Assembly: GCA_018823705.1 (NCBI GenBank)
Contig: JAHJHP010000081.1
Coordinates: 1 to 56,983, forward strand
Source of the DNA: Candidatus Omnitrophota bacterium
GTDB taxonomy: Bacteria; Omnitrophota; Gorgyraeia; 2-01-FULL-45-10
Direction of reading: 5' to 3'
Length of the DNA: 56,983 bases
Shown: piece after piece, positions 8,769 through 16,818 of the stretch
Layout: each line of letters begins with the position of its first letter
Numbering within the stretch: position 1 is the stretch's first letter
Position numbers and translations under genes: made by a program
Notes under the pieces: model-generated
What the model saw: only the letters and a program-made list of their open reading frames with translations
Told to the model about the DNA's origin: nothing
The model's database searches: none

Positions 8769-8975
8769 TGGCGGACGCGAGTGCAACCAATTCGAACCGC
8801 TTCCGAGCTCACTGCCCGCATAGTGATACCTGCCAATAAACAGGTTATATTATATAAAACGCTCTCCCGCAAGGCAAAACAATTACATATATTAGGAATG
8901 AGCTATAAAGCAATAGGCAGATCATTAAAGATCGGCCAAGAAACGGCAAGAAAGGCTTGCCGGTACGAGAAATAG
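8769..8975 (+). repeat. Copy C of the HTH-fragment element (ORF intact to a stop, but no ATG or RBS)
   Basis: TGGCGGACGCGAGTGCAACC... Frame WRTRVQPIRTASELTARIVIPANKQVILYKTLSRKAKQLHILGMSYKAIGRSLKIGQETARKACRYEK. Differences from copy A are mostly conservative (I/V, K/R, E/Q). Confidence 0.5.
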
Positions 8976-8985
8976 CCTGCCCATA

Positions 8986-9375
8986 CTATGCATTATCTCC
9001 AACCAGCGGTAGCACAGATTCTACCTTAAAGAAAACGATGAAGCTGCCCTTGATGAACTGTGGAATACAGTATGGACCAGGGTACGTTGCTTTACATGTA
9101 TTTACAATTAGGCCCTGATCATCAGACTCACTTTCTTTCTTCAGGTATAACCTCTTACCGCTATAACCGAACAAGCCCTCTTTGAAAAGATACACCGCAT
9201 ACGGATTTTTTATTATATTAGCGTGGCTCAGCCTGTCACCCATAATGAACGCCACATGCGTATCATCTATCACGTGAGGACTGGCATATGGCGCTGAATT
9301 GACCACCCCTTTGTCATCGGCGGTGCTCAGGACGCCGAATCCTTTTTTCTTCTTAAAATATTCTTTTAGATCCAT
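8986..9375 (-). CDS. Pyridoxamine 5'-phosphate oxidase-like FMN-binding split-barrel protein
   Basis: Start taken at the ATG of MDLKEYFKKKKGFGVLST; the upstream gene ends AAGGAGGTATTTGAtATG, so its 3' end supplies the SD. The GVLSTADDKG...PYASPH pattern fits the PNPOx-like family. Confidence 0.6.
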   Translation of the reverse strand: MDLKEYFKKKKGFGVLSTADDKGVVNSAPYASPHVIDDTHVAFIMGDRLSHANIIKNPYAVYLFKEGLFGYSGKRLYLKKESESDDQGLIVNTCKATYPGPYCIPQFIKGSFIVFFKVESVLPLVGDNA

Positions 9376-9376
9376 A

Positions 9377-9973
9377 TCAAATACCTCCTTCATTTTCAAC
9401 CAGGTTTGGTTCAACTGCCTTGCGCAGATCTTCCCAAAACTTCTTTCTGTTTTCCGAATCTGCCGGCGATAATGCCGGAAATTCCAGAAACGGTACTTTT
9501 ATATTTTCTTTTGCGAGTTCCTCCGTCAATATTTCAGCCATTATGCCCGCGAGAGCCGGATCTGACGGGTCAGGCTTATCTACCGTATTCGGAGAGTCCG
9601 TCTGATACCTGTTTACCTTATGTTTTCCCCAGTGAATCCCACATGTGGGACTATTTTCCAGCCCTAGAAAACATGTAAGACGGTAATTGTTTTTAATGAA
9701 CTCTTTCACCATAAGCATCGGAGTTCTTAATAATTCTTTGCAATGGTCTCTGAAGAAGATATTATCATATTGTTGTCGGCCTTGCGGATTTCGCATCAAA
9801 CCCATGGCGCTGGTTTCCGGACATAGATATTGGATGATGCCGACATGCTTCTCCATTAAATAATTCATAATCTCTTTGGATAGCGGGAAGTTCTGACCAA
9901 GTATATGAACCCTGCAGTATGGGTTAACGAGGCACTGAGCAATTAATATTATCCTCTTATCTTTTTTACTCAT
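9377..9973 (-). CDS. Cys-rich protein, distant DUF523/TudS-like Fe-S protein candidate
   Basis: 198 aa. The Cys pattern IAQCLVNPYCRV ... LCPETSAMGL ... NSPTCG parallels DUF523 motifs (ACLLG..VRY, CPE..GGL, SPSCG). Weak call. Confidence 0.35.
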   Translation of the reverse strand: MSKKDKRIILIAQCLVNPYCRVHILGQNFPLSKEIMNYLMEKHVGIIQYLCPETSAMGLMRNPQGRQQYDNIFFRDHCKELLRTPMLMVKEFIKNNYRLTCFLGLENSPTCGIHWGKHKVNRYQTDSPNTVDKPDPSDPALAGIMAEILTEELAKENIKVPFLEFPALSPADSENRKKFWEDLRKAVEPNLVENEGGI

Positions 9974-9982
9974 ATCTATCTC

Positions 9983-10492
9983 CTACATTATTCTCGAGTC
10001 ATACGCCCAGTGCATCACGGCCTGCCGCTGTTTGGGCCTGCACCTAATGTCACCGGCGCGACAATGCTTATAGACTTGAGCTATATGCCGCTTGATTGCT
10101 TTCCATCTTGCTATCTGGCGATGGTCTTCTTCTCCTAAGCGCCGTCCCATGTAATACCTGCAATACCACTGGAACCACCCACGCGGATCATCCGGATATA
10201 TCCATCCTTTTTTACGCCAGTACCAGAGAGGCTTACTGGCGTTGATTCCGAAATAATTCAGCTTCGGATCATGAAACTCCGGACATAACTTTGCCTTTGC
10301 AAACCAGTCAGCCGGAAATTCCTTACGGCAATCCGTCATATATTTACCACCGAATACTCCTAGCCTGAGCATCTGTTTCGGGGTCAGCTCAGGTTTAAAT
10401 TCCGGATCGAAGCTTTTCCCGATAGGCTTTGTAAGCACATACCTGAAATGCTTCTGCATTTTATCATTAACCGTTACGATCTTTGGCCCCAT
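9983..10492 (-). CDS. Conserved hypothetical Trp/Arg-rich protein
   Basis: ATG at 10492 (the track start at 10501 is TTG). Distinctive KKGWIYPDDPRGWFQWYCRYYMGRRLGEEDHRQIARW block. Family not recognised. Confidence 0.55.
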   Translation of the reverse strand: MGPKIVTVNDKMQKHFRYVLTKPIGKSFDPEFKPELTPKQMLRLGVFGGKYMTDCRKEFPADWFAKAKLCPEFHDPKLNYFGINASKPLWYWRKKGWIYPDDPRGWFQWYCRYYMGRRLGEEDHRQIARWKAIKRHIAQVYKHCRAGDIRCRPKQRQAVMHWAYDSRIM

Positions 10493-10540
10493 GAGACCCA
10501 ATCCCCTTCCGGACCTTAACCCTAACCTGTAATCTATCGA

Positions 10541-10581
10541 GTAAAAATGGTGGGCAAACTGTATTAATTTACAGCCTGCCC
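10541..10581 (-). terminator. Intrinsic terminator after the micro-ORF
   Basis: Minus strand GGGCAggCTGTAaattaaTACAGttTGCCC followed by ACCATTTTTA. Begins 8 nt after the micro-ORF stop. Confidence 0.5.
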
Positions 10582-10589
10582 GGTAAAAC

Positions 10590-10640
10590 TTATTTCTTTT
10601 TCTTCTTCGCCTTCTTCTTTCCGCACTTTCCGCAGCTCAT
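10590..10640 (-). CDS. 16-codon micro-ORF MSCGKCGKKKAKKKKK (CxxC + poly-Lys)
   Basis: ATG preceded by AAGGAGG at 5-nt spacing, stop TAA. Last cistron before the terminator. Not in the ORF track because it is too short. Confidence 0.4.
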   Translation of the reverse strand: MSCGKCGKKKAKKKKK

Positions 10641-10675
10641 AATCGCCTCCTTGCGTTAAACCGGCATACCACCTT

Positions 10676-11371
10676 CTATTCCAGTAGCCACTTAACAGCT
10701 CCTGTCTTCAGATCATACACAGCGGGAACTATCTTCAGCTTGCCTTCTCCGGCCGCACGCCTTATCTCTCCGCTTCCGGCTAAAATATCTTTCTTCGCCT
10801 GAAGGATATTTTCTTTAACCACTTCGGATTCCAGGCTGTCACCATTTAAGGCAGGGTGGTCCTTCTTGACTCTTGCCGCGACAATTTCTATATTTTTCTG
10901 AATTGCCCGAACATCTCCTTCCAGAGGAGGCCCGGATATCGATGCATTAACGGCCCCGCAATTCGTATGCCCCATCACGACCAGTAAAGGACTGTTGAGA
11001 TGCCTCACGCCATATTCGACCGAACCTATAACGCTCGGATCAATTGCTATATTGCCCGCTACTCTCACAACGAAAATATCGCCTATGCCGCGGTCAAATA
11101 TGGCCTCTACCGGCACCCTTGAGTCTGAACACGCGAGAACGACAGCAAACGGCTTTTGTCCGTTTATCGCCGTATCCATTCTTCTTTCAGCATTAATATT
11201 CAAATGCTCTGTCTTCATCGCGAAAAAGCGGGCATTCCCTTCTTTAAGTAGCATTAGAGCTTCGTCAGCATTATATGCGAACGCATTGACAGCGACAAAG
11301 ATAGCCACAATGGTCAATACGATCATCGATAACCTTCTTGAGTCAACCATAATCTTCCTCCTTGCTTCCAT
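10676..11371 (-). CDS. Beta-class carbonic anhydrase with N-terminal signal/anchor
   Basis: CSDSRVPVE and HTNCGAV zinc-ligand motifs. Hydrophobic N-terminus LSMIVLTIVAIFVAVNAFA. Confidence 0.85.
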   Translation of the reverse strand: MEARRKIMVDSRRLSMIVLTIVAIFVAVNAFAYNADEALMLLKEGNARFFAMKTEHLNINAERRMDTAINGQKPFAVVLACSDSRVPVEAIFDRGIGDIFVVRVAGNIAIDPSVIGSVEYGVRHLNSPLLVVMGHTNCGAVNASISGPPLEGDVRAIQKNIEIVAARVKKDHPALNGDSLESEVVKENILQAKKDILAGSGEIRRAAGEGKLKIVPAVYDLKTGAVKWLLE

Positions 11372-11402
11372 GCTTAATTCTGAACGTAACTTGATAAATT
11401 AC

Positions 11403-12410
11403 TTATAAGCGCGGACAGGATTTGATCCCGCGCTTCATATAATATTTCTGATGATCATCTTCAGCCGGATAAAATTCTACGGCAGGTATTATCTCGGTCA
11501 CGATAGCATTTTTATGCTTTCCCGAATTCTGCAGCCTTCCCTTTGAGGCCAATGCCGCATTTTTCTGCGCTTCATCTACATAGAATATGGCCGAGCGGTA
11601 CTGCGTGCCCTTATCCGGTCCCTGCCTATTTAGCGTGGTCGGATCATGCATCTTCCAGAATGCGTCAAGGAGCTCGCTATAAGATACCAAGGAAGTATCA
11701 TATTCGACTTCCACGGCCTCCGCGTGACCAGTCCTATCCGTACAAACACTCTCATAGGTCGGACCGTCTGTTTTGCCGCCGGTATAGCCTACCCTGGTTG
11801 AAACCACCCCGTTAATGTTGCGAAATGTCTCTTCTACTCCCCAGAAACAGCCTGCGGCAAAAATAGCTCGTTCGTGTTTAGCGACGATTTTAACTATTGG
11901 AACAAACTTTAGAGCAGCTGCATTTATGCAGTACCGTTTATTGGTAGGCGGCGGCCCATCTTCAAATACGTGGCCCAGATGGGCGTCGCATCTGGCGCAC
12001 AAGATCTCGGTACGGTCCATCCCTATGCTTTTATCGGCCTCTTCTTTTATATTGCGGCCGGAAACCGGATTCCAGAAACTCGGCCACCCTGTCCCGGATT
12101 CGAATTTTTCATCGATTCCAAATAGATCCGTTCCGCAAGCCACACATTTATATATGCCTCCCGCCGTGCCGATCTCGCATTTTCCGGTGAACGGCGCCTC
12201 CGTGCCTTTTTGGCGTGTAATATGGTATTGTTCGGATGTAAGAATTTTCTTCCACTCGGCATCGGTTTTTAATAGACGCTCCACTTCCTCTGTTCTTCCC
12301 GTCTCAGCGTTAAATATGGCTACTTTATTCTTATCTTCCGCGCCTGCATTCTTCATGAATGTCCCCACGAAAATTAAAAATAAAACGAATAAAGTGATCT
12401 TAATCTTCAT
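11403..12410 (-). CDS. msrAB: Secreted MsrB-MsrA fusion (copy 2)
   Basis: 335 aa, collinear with 745-1749 and sharing all catalytic motifs. Long identical nucleotide runs, e.g. TCCGTTCCGCAAGCCACACATTTATATATGCCTCCC in both copies. Confidence 0.9.
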   Translation of the reverse strand: MKIKITLFVLFLIFVGTFMKNAGAEDKNKVAIFNAETGRTEEVERLLKTDAEWKKILTSEQYHITRQKGTEAPFTGKCEIGTAGGIYKCVACGTDLFGIDEKFESGTGWPSFWNPVSGRNIKEEADKSIGMDRTEILCARCDAHLGHVFEDGPPPTNKRYCINAAALKFVPIVKIVAKHERAIFAAGCFWGVEETFRNINGVVSTRVGYTGGKTDGPTYESVCTDRTGHAEAVEVEYDTSLVSYSELLDAFWKMHDPTTLNRQGPDKGTQYRSAIFYVDEAQKNAALASKGRLQNSGKHKNAIVTEIIPAVEFYPAEDDHQKYYMKRGIKSCPRL

Positions 12411-12422
12411 CTAAAGAGTAAA

Positions 12423-13052
12423 TTAGAATTTTTCCACGGTAATGGCCGCAAGATCTTGCGCCTGTTTTATCTTTTCTTCTGCCGCACCCTGGCCCAGAGC
12501 ATCCATAGGCTGTGCATTAATAAAGACTATATCAGCAATACCAACCAGACCGAATATCGCGCGAAGATACGGCTCCTGATAGTCGTTTGCATGAAACGGG
12601 CTAGAGGCACTATAATCACCTCCGCGGCTTGTAATTATCACCATCTTCTTGTTCTTCGCAAGGCCTTCCACGTCCTTATCGGTATAACGGAAAAGATATT
12701 TTGGCTGGATGATAACATCGATGTAATGTTTCAGGACATAAGGTATACTAAAATTCCACATGGGGGTACTTATCAGGTAGGCGTCGGCCGATAGAAAACG
12801 CGCTATGGCTCGTTCGATATCCAGCCACGCTTCTTTAAGGTCACCCGAAAGATCCTTGCCCGCGAGAAGCACGTACTTACCACTTACCGTTTTTAAAGTA
12901 AGTGGCGGGATCGTATCTTTGAAAAGATCGAGCGTATCTATAGCGCATTCCGGATACTTATTTTTCAGGCTCTCCAGAAAAGATCCTGAAATTTTAAGCG
13001 TTCGCGATACGTCGCCTCTTGGTGTAGCTATTATATGTAGTATTTTTCTCAT
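12423..13052 (-). CDS. azoR: FMN-dependent NADH-azoreductase (copy 2)
   Basis: 209 aa, collinear with 1762-2391. Same 12-nt spacing to msrAB. Confidence 0.8.
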   Translation of the reverse strand: MRKILHIIATPRGDVSRTLKISGSFLESLKNKYPECAIDTLDLFKDTIPPLTLKTVSGKYVLLAGKDLSGDLKEAWLDIERAIARFLSADAYLISTPMWNFSIPYVLKHYIDVIIQPKYLFRYTDKDVEGLAKNKKMVIITSRGGDYSASSPFHANDYQEPYLRAIFGLVGIADIVFINAQPMDALGQGAAEEKIKQAQDLAAITVEKF

Positions 13053-13062
13053 TGCTTAAAAC

Positions 13063-13152
13063 TGGCGGAGGAGGTAGGATTCGAACCCACGGTGGACTTG
13101 CGCCCACAACAGCTTTCAAGGCTGCCGCGATCGACCACTCTGCCACTCCTCC
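13063..13152 (-). tRNA. tRNA-Ser (anticodon UGA), CCA encoded
   Basis: The reverse complement folds as acceptor GGAGGAG/CTCCTCC, anticodon stem GCAGC/GCTGT with loop CTTGAAA, long variable arm GTGG..CCAC, and T-arm GTGGG-TTCGAAT-CCTAC. Discriminator G, then CCA. Confidence 0.85.
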
Positions 13153-13153
13153 G

Positions 13154-13810
13154 CTAAAAGAACATCTGTCTTATTATCACGGCGTAGATGTCCCGTGAGA
13201 AGACATAACTATCCGCGAAGAATTTCTTCGACGAGAAAGACGGGAATAACAGGCTGAAGAGCATGGCTATTATGATGATATTTAAAACATACACGATGAC
13301 TATAGAAAAAAGGTATCCCGACTTCATCAGGTCGGGCTGCCTTATCTTCATAACCTCGATGGTCATCACCAGATGAAGCGTCAGCGTAAAGCCTATCAAG
13401 AATATGAATACCGCGCCGTTTATCTTATATGAATAAGCTACCACGAAATAGACCGCCATCAGGATAATGGCGTATATCGGTATGAAATACGGGCTTAGCT
13501 CGACGACGGCATTCGTCTTGGTCGTCGACACGCTTCCGCCTTTGTCCGACACTTTGAAAGAATTTATTTTTCCACCCATGACCCATGACGTGACAGCGTG
13601 CACCGCCTCATGCCCCAGCACATATATGAACATAGGTTTGAAAAAGAGAAGATGCAGGACTATATACGCGCCGACTCCCCACATGAAATACTTCAGTATG
13701 CCGGCAAGCTCCACGACGCCGACGATATTGCCGTAAAACGCTCTCGTCACAGCAGCCATTAACGGTATCGCCAGTATACCCGCGATGAATTTGATGACTT
13801 TCAGCCACAT
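13154..13810 (-). CDS. Polytopic membrane protein with HExxH (DUF3267-like putative zincin peptidase)
   Basis: 218 aa with about 6 TM segments. LGHEAVHAV motif. Confidence 0.55.
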   Translation of the reverse strand: MWLKVIKFIAGILAIPLMAAVTRAFYGNIVGVVELAGILKYFMWGVGAYIVLHLLFFKPMFIYVLGHEAVHAVTSWVMGGKINSFKVSDKGGSVSTTKTNAVVELSPYFIPIYAIILMAVYFVVAYSYKINGAVFIFLIGFTLTLHLVMTIEVMKIRQPDLMKSGYLFSIVIVYVLNIIIIAMLFSLLFPSFSSKKFFADSYVFSRDIYAVIIRQMFF

Positions 13811-13830
13811 GCTTTATGCACCTTTCGAAT

Positions 13831-13880
13831 AGATTGCCACGTCAGAAAATAGTCTAACAACATCTTCCTCGCAATGACGA
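13831..13880 (+). repeat. Dispersed intergenic repeat unit AGATTGC..CGTCAG-N-CCTCGCAATGACG
   Basis: Near-identical to 17241-17290. Lies between the serS stop and the start of the next gene. Confidence 0.8.
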
Positions 13881-13946
13881 AAAAAATCATTACGACACAG
13901 CCTCAATGACGAGTTACGCGCCTTTCAGGGAAAAGTGGGACAGTCC

Positions 13947-15230
13947 CTACTTTTCCGCGCCCCTTGCGATAGTCTTTACGCCGTCCATATACGGCACCAA
14001 TGCTTCCGGTATATTTACGGTCCCGTCCTCGTTCTGATAATTTTCCAGTATCGCTACGACTAGCCGCGGCAGCGCTACGCCAGAACCGTTCAAAGTATGC
14101 ACAAACGCTGTCTTCTTCGTCTCCTTCTGCCTGTAACGGATATTGGCCCGCCTGGCCTGGAAGTCGGTGAAACAGGAACAGCTCGACACCTCCAGATAGG
14201 AATCGACGCCGGCGGCATAAATTTCTATGTCATAGCATTTTGCCGCGGCAAATGACATATCGCCCGAGGCCAGTAGCTTTATCCTGTACGGGATCTTCAA
14301 TATCTGCAAAACCTTCTCGGCATCGGCCAATAACTTCTCGAGTTCATCAAATGAAGTCTCGGGCTTTACGAATTTGACAAGCTCCACTTTATCAAATTGA
14401 TGCACTCTTATCAGCCCCTTGGTGTCTTTACCGTAAGAGCCCGCTTCCCGCCTGAAACAAGCCGAATATGCAGTGTAACGTATCGGGAGCTTATCCTCTT
14501 CGATTATATCGCCTGAATGGATATTGGTCACCGGCACCTCAGCTGTCGGGATCAGGAAGAGATCCTCATCCTTAAGCTTGTACATATCCTCTTCCAGCTT
14601 GGGCAATTGTCCCGTTCCGATCATACTCCGCCTATTGACAAGAAACGGCGGAAAGACCTCCCTATAGCCATGTTGTTTGGTATGCAGGTCTAACATGAAA
14701 TTAATAAGCGCTCTCTCGAGCCTGGCGCCGGGGCCTGTGAATAGAACAAAGTTGGACCCTGTTATCTTGGCCGCAACGCCAAAACTTATGATGCCCAGTA
14801 ACTCCGATATCTCCATGTGGGTCTTGGGCTTGAAATTAAACTTAGGGTTCTCCCCCCAGGACTTGACTAATTTATTGGCTTCCAGGCCTCCGACAGGGAC
14901 CGATTTATCGGGTAAATTTGGGATTATGTATATGAATTTGGCTAGTTTTTGCTCTTCTTCACCCACTTTACTGTCTAATTCGGCTATTTTCTGGGAAACA
15001 GCCTTCATTTTCTCAATAATGACTTTAGGGTTCTTCTTTTCCTTCATTAATGTTGATATTTCGTTATTTGCCTTATTGCGCTCGGCCTTTAAGGCCTCTA
15101 CCTCCACCAGGATCTTGCGATAGTTCTCATCTATTGCGAGTAGCTCGTCTATATCAATATTCTGGCCCTTATTCTTAATGCTTTCCTTCACCAGATCCCT
15201 ATTCTCTCTTATGAACTTTATATCTAGCAT
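13947..15230 (-). CDS. serS: Seryl-tRNA synthetase
   Basis: 427 aa. N-terminal coiled-coil arm and class II motifs (FRREAGS, GSGVALPR). Confidence 0.95.
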   Translation of the reverse strand: MLDIKFIRENRDLVKESIKNKGQNIDIDELLAIDENYRKILVEVEALKAERNKANNEISTLMKEKKNPKVIIEKMKAVSQKIAELDSKVGEEEQKLAKFIYIIPNLPDKSVPVGGLEANKLVKSWGENPKFNFKPKTHMEISELLGIISFGVAAKITGSNFVLFTGPGARLERALINFMLDLHTKQHGYREVFPPFLVNRRSMIGTGQLPKLEEDMYKLKDEDLFLIPTAEVPVTNIHSGDIIEEDKLPIRYTAYSACFRREAGSYGKDTKGLIRVHQFDKVELVKFVKPETSFDELEKLLADAEKVLQILKIPYRIKLLASGDMSFAAAKCYDIEIYAAGVDSYLEVSSCSCFTDFQARRANIRYRQKETKKTAFVHTLNGSGVALPRLVVAILENYQNEDGTVNIPEALVPYMDGVKTIARGAEK

Positions 15231-15249
15231 AATTCTCCTCGCTCAAAAT

Positions 15250-15284
15250 AGATTGCTTCGGGCTTTCGGCCCTCGCAATGACGG
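15250..15284 (+). repeat. Short variant of the dispersed repeat (AGATTGCTTCGGGCTTTCGGCCCTCGCAATGACGG)
   Basis: Same terminal motifs, but the centre is replaced by a GGGC-tttc-GCCC hairpin. Located between rtcB and serS. Confidence 0.7.
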
Positions 15285-15294
15285 TGTTTTCGCC

Positions 15295-16749
15295 TTATCC
15301 TTTAATGACACCCATTGGCCGCATACGGCATACTTTTTTCGATATGCCGGCTCCATCCACTACGCCTACAACCTGTTTAACGTCTTTATAAGCTTCAGGG
15401 GCTTCTTCCGCCAATGTCTCCCTGCCGCTGGACATTACCAGTATACCCTTACTCTTAAGTTCTGCGGCAATCGACCTGCCCCTGCATGCGCTTATCGCGG
15501 CGGTCCTGGAGAGCCGCCTGCCGGCGCCGTGGCATGTCGAGTAAAATGTCTCTTCGGCTTTCTTCGTGCCGACCAGGAGATACGAATTCCTGCCCATATC
15601 GCCGGGTATTATAACGGGTTGGCCTATCTTACTGTACTTTGCCGGAAGATCCGGGTGCCCCGGAGGAAGAGCCCTTGTCGCGCCCTTCCTGTGGACGCAC
15701 AACGTCCTCTCCTTCTTGTCTATCTCATGCTTCTCTATCTTCGCGATATTATGAGCCACATCGTATATGAGGTCCATGCCCAGGTCCTTCGGACCCGCGT
15801 GAAATACCTTTTCGAACGCGTGCCTGGCCAGGTGCATGATACACTGCCTGTTGGCCCAGGCATAATTGGCCGCGCACTTCATTGCTCCGAGGTAAGCCTT
15901 ACCCTCGCCTGAATTGACAGGGGCGCATGCCAGCTGCCTGTCCGGCACATTGATATTGTATTTCGCAAGGCACCGTATCATCTCTTTCGAATATTCGTCG
16001 CATACCTGATACCCGAGGCCGCGTGAACCTGAGTGTATCATCAGCGTTACGAGGCCCTTCTCGATGCCGAATACATCCGCGGCCGCTTCATCGTATATTT
16101 CGTCGATGACCTGAACCTCGATGAAATGGTTCCCCGATCCGAGAGTCCCGGACTGGTTCCGGCCGCGCTGATAAGCCCTATCCGATACAGCGTCGGGACT
16201 AGCGCCCTTCATCGCGCCGCGATCTTCGGTATACTCCAGATCTTCTCGGACACCATAACCGCGCCCGACCACCCATGCGGCGCCTTCGACGAGAAGCTTC
16301 CTCTCGTCCTTCGCGCTCACCTCAATGTCGCCCGTAGATCCTACGCCCGCAGGTATATCGTTATAAAGAACGTTTACGAGATCCGCAAGCTTCGGCAGCA
16401 CATCATCTTCGTGTAGATTTGTCCTGGTAAGCCTGACCCCGCATCCAATATCATAGCCTACAAATCCAGGTGCTATGACCCCGCCGTCATCGATATCAAA
16501 AGCGCCCACACCGCCTATCGGCGCTCCGTATCCCCAGTGAATATCCGGCATCGCAAGCGAATATTTGACTATGCCCGGCAAGAACGCTACATTCGCGACC
16601 TGCTCCAGCGCCTTATCGGATGCGATATCTTTCATCATCTCCTCGGAGGCGTATATCACTCCGTCGACGCGCATTCCGGCCTTGGAGCTCTTCGGGATCT
16701 TCCACCTGAACTGGTCTAGCCTCTCCCACTGTCCCTGCAAAACAGGCAT
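15295..16749 (-). CDS. rtcB: RNA 3'-phosphate/5'-OH ligase RtcB
   Basis: 484 aa. Conserved DIGCGVR, GSGNHF and HRKGAT metal/GMP-His regions. Confidence 0.95.
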   Translation of the reverse strand: MPVLQGQWERLDQFRWKIPKSSKAGMRVDGVIYASEEMMKDIASDKALEQVANVAFLPGIVKYSLAMPDIHWGYGAPIGGVGAFDIDDGGVIAPGFVGYDIGCGVRLTRTNLHEDDVLPKLADLVNVLYNDIPAGVGSTGDIEVSAKDERKLLVEGAAWVVGRGYGVREDLEYTEDRGAMKGASPDAVSDRAYQRGRNQSGTLGSGNHFIEVQVIDEIYDEAAADVFGIEKGLVTLMIHSGSRGLGYQVCDEYSKEMIRCLAKYNINVPDRQLACAPVNSGEGKAYLGAMKCAANYAWANRQCIMHLARHAFEKVFHAGPKDLGMDLIYDVAHNIAKIEKHEIDKKERTLCVHRKGATRALPPGHPDLPAKYSKIGQPVIIPGDMGRNSYLLVGTKKAEETFYSTCHGAGRRLSRTAAISACRGRSIAAELKSKGILVMSSGRETLAEEAPEAYKDVKQVVGVVDGAGISKKVCRMRPMGVIKG

Positions 16750-16767
16750 CGCGCTCCTTATACTGTG

Positions 16768-16814
16768 TACTGCGCCAGAGGCGCAGTATGGTCGGGTATT
16801 TCAGAGAAATACCC
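16768..16814 (-). promoter_or_regulatory. Two tandem 8-bp hairpins with identical pentaloops in the archease-rtcB spacer
   Basis: Plus strand TACTGCGC-CAGAG-GCGCAGTA (16768-16788) and GGGTATTT-CAGAG-AAATACCC (16794-16814). Immediately 5' of the rtcB SD (AAGGAG). Confidence 0.5.
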
Positions 16815-16818
16815 AGAC

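Noticed and set aside
15178-15912. 244-aa plus-strand ORF. The same applies to 36571-37419, 41148-41825, 42057-42935, 43610-44236, 44669-45232 and 19140-19721.
   Set aside because: Each lies antisense within a minus-strand gene that has unmistakable family motifs (rtcB, cdaA, treY, glgX, helicase). The translations are low-complexity Arg/Pro/Ser-rich with no recognisable domains and no RBS. Long antisense ORFs are expected in the GC-richer segments.
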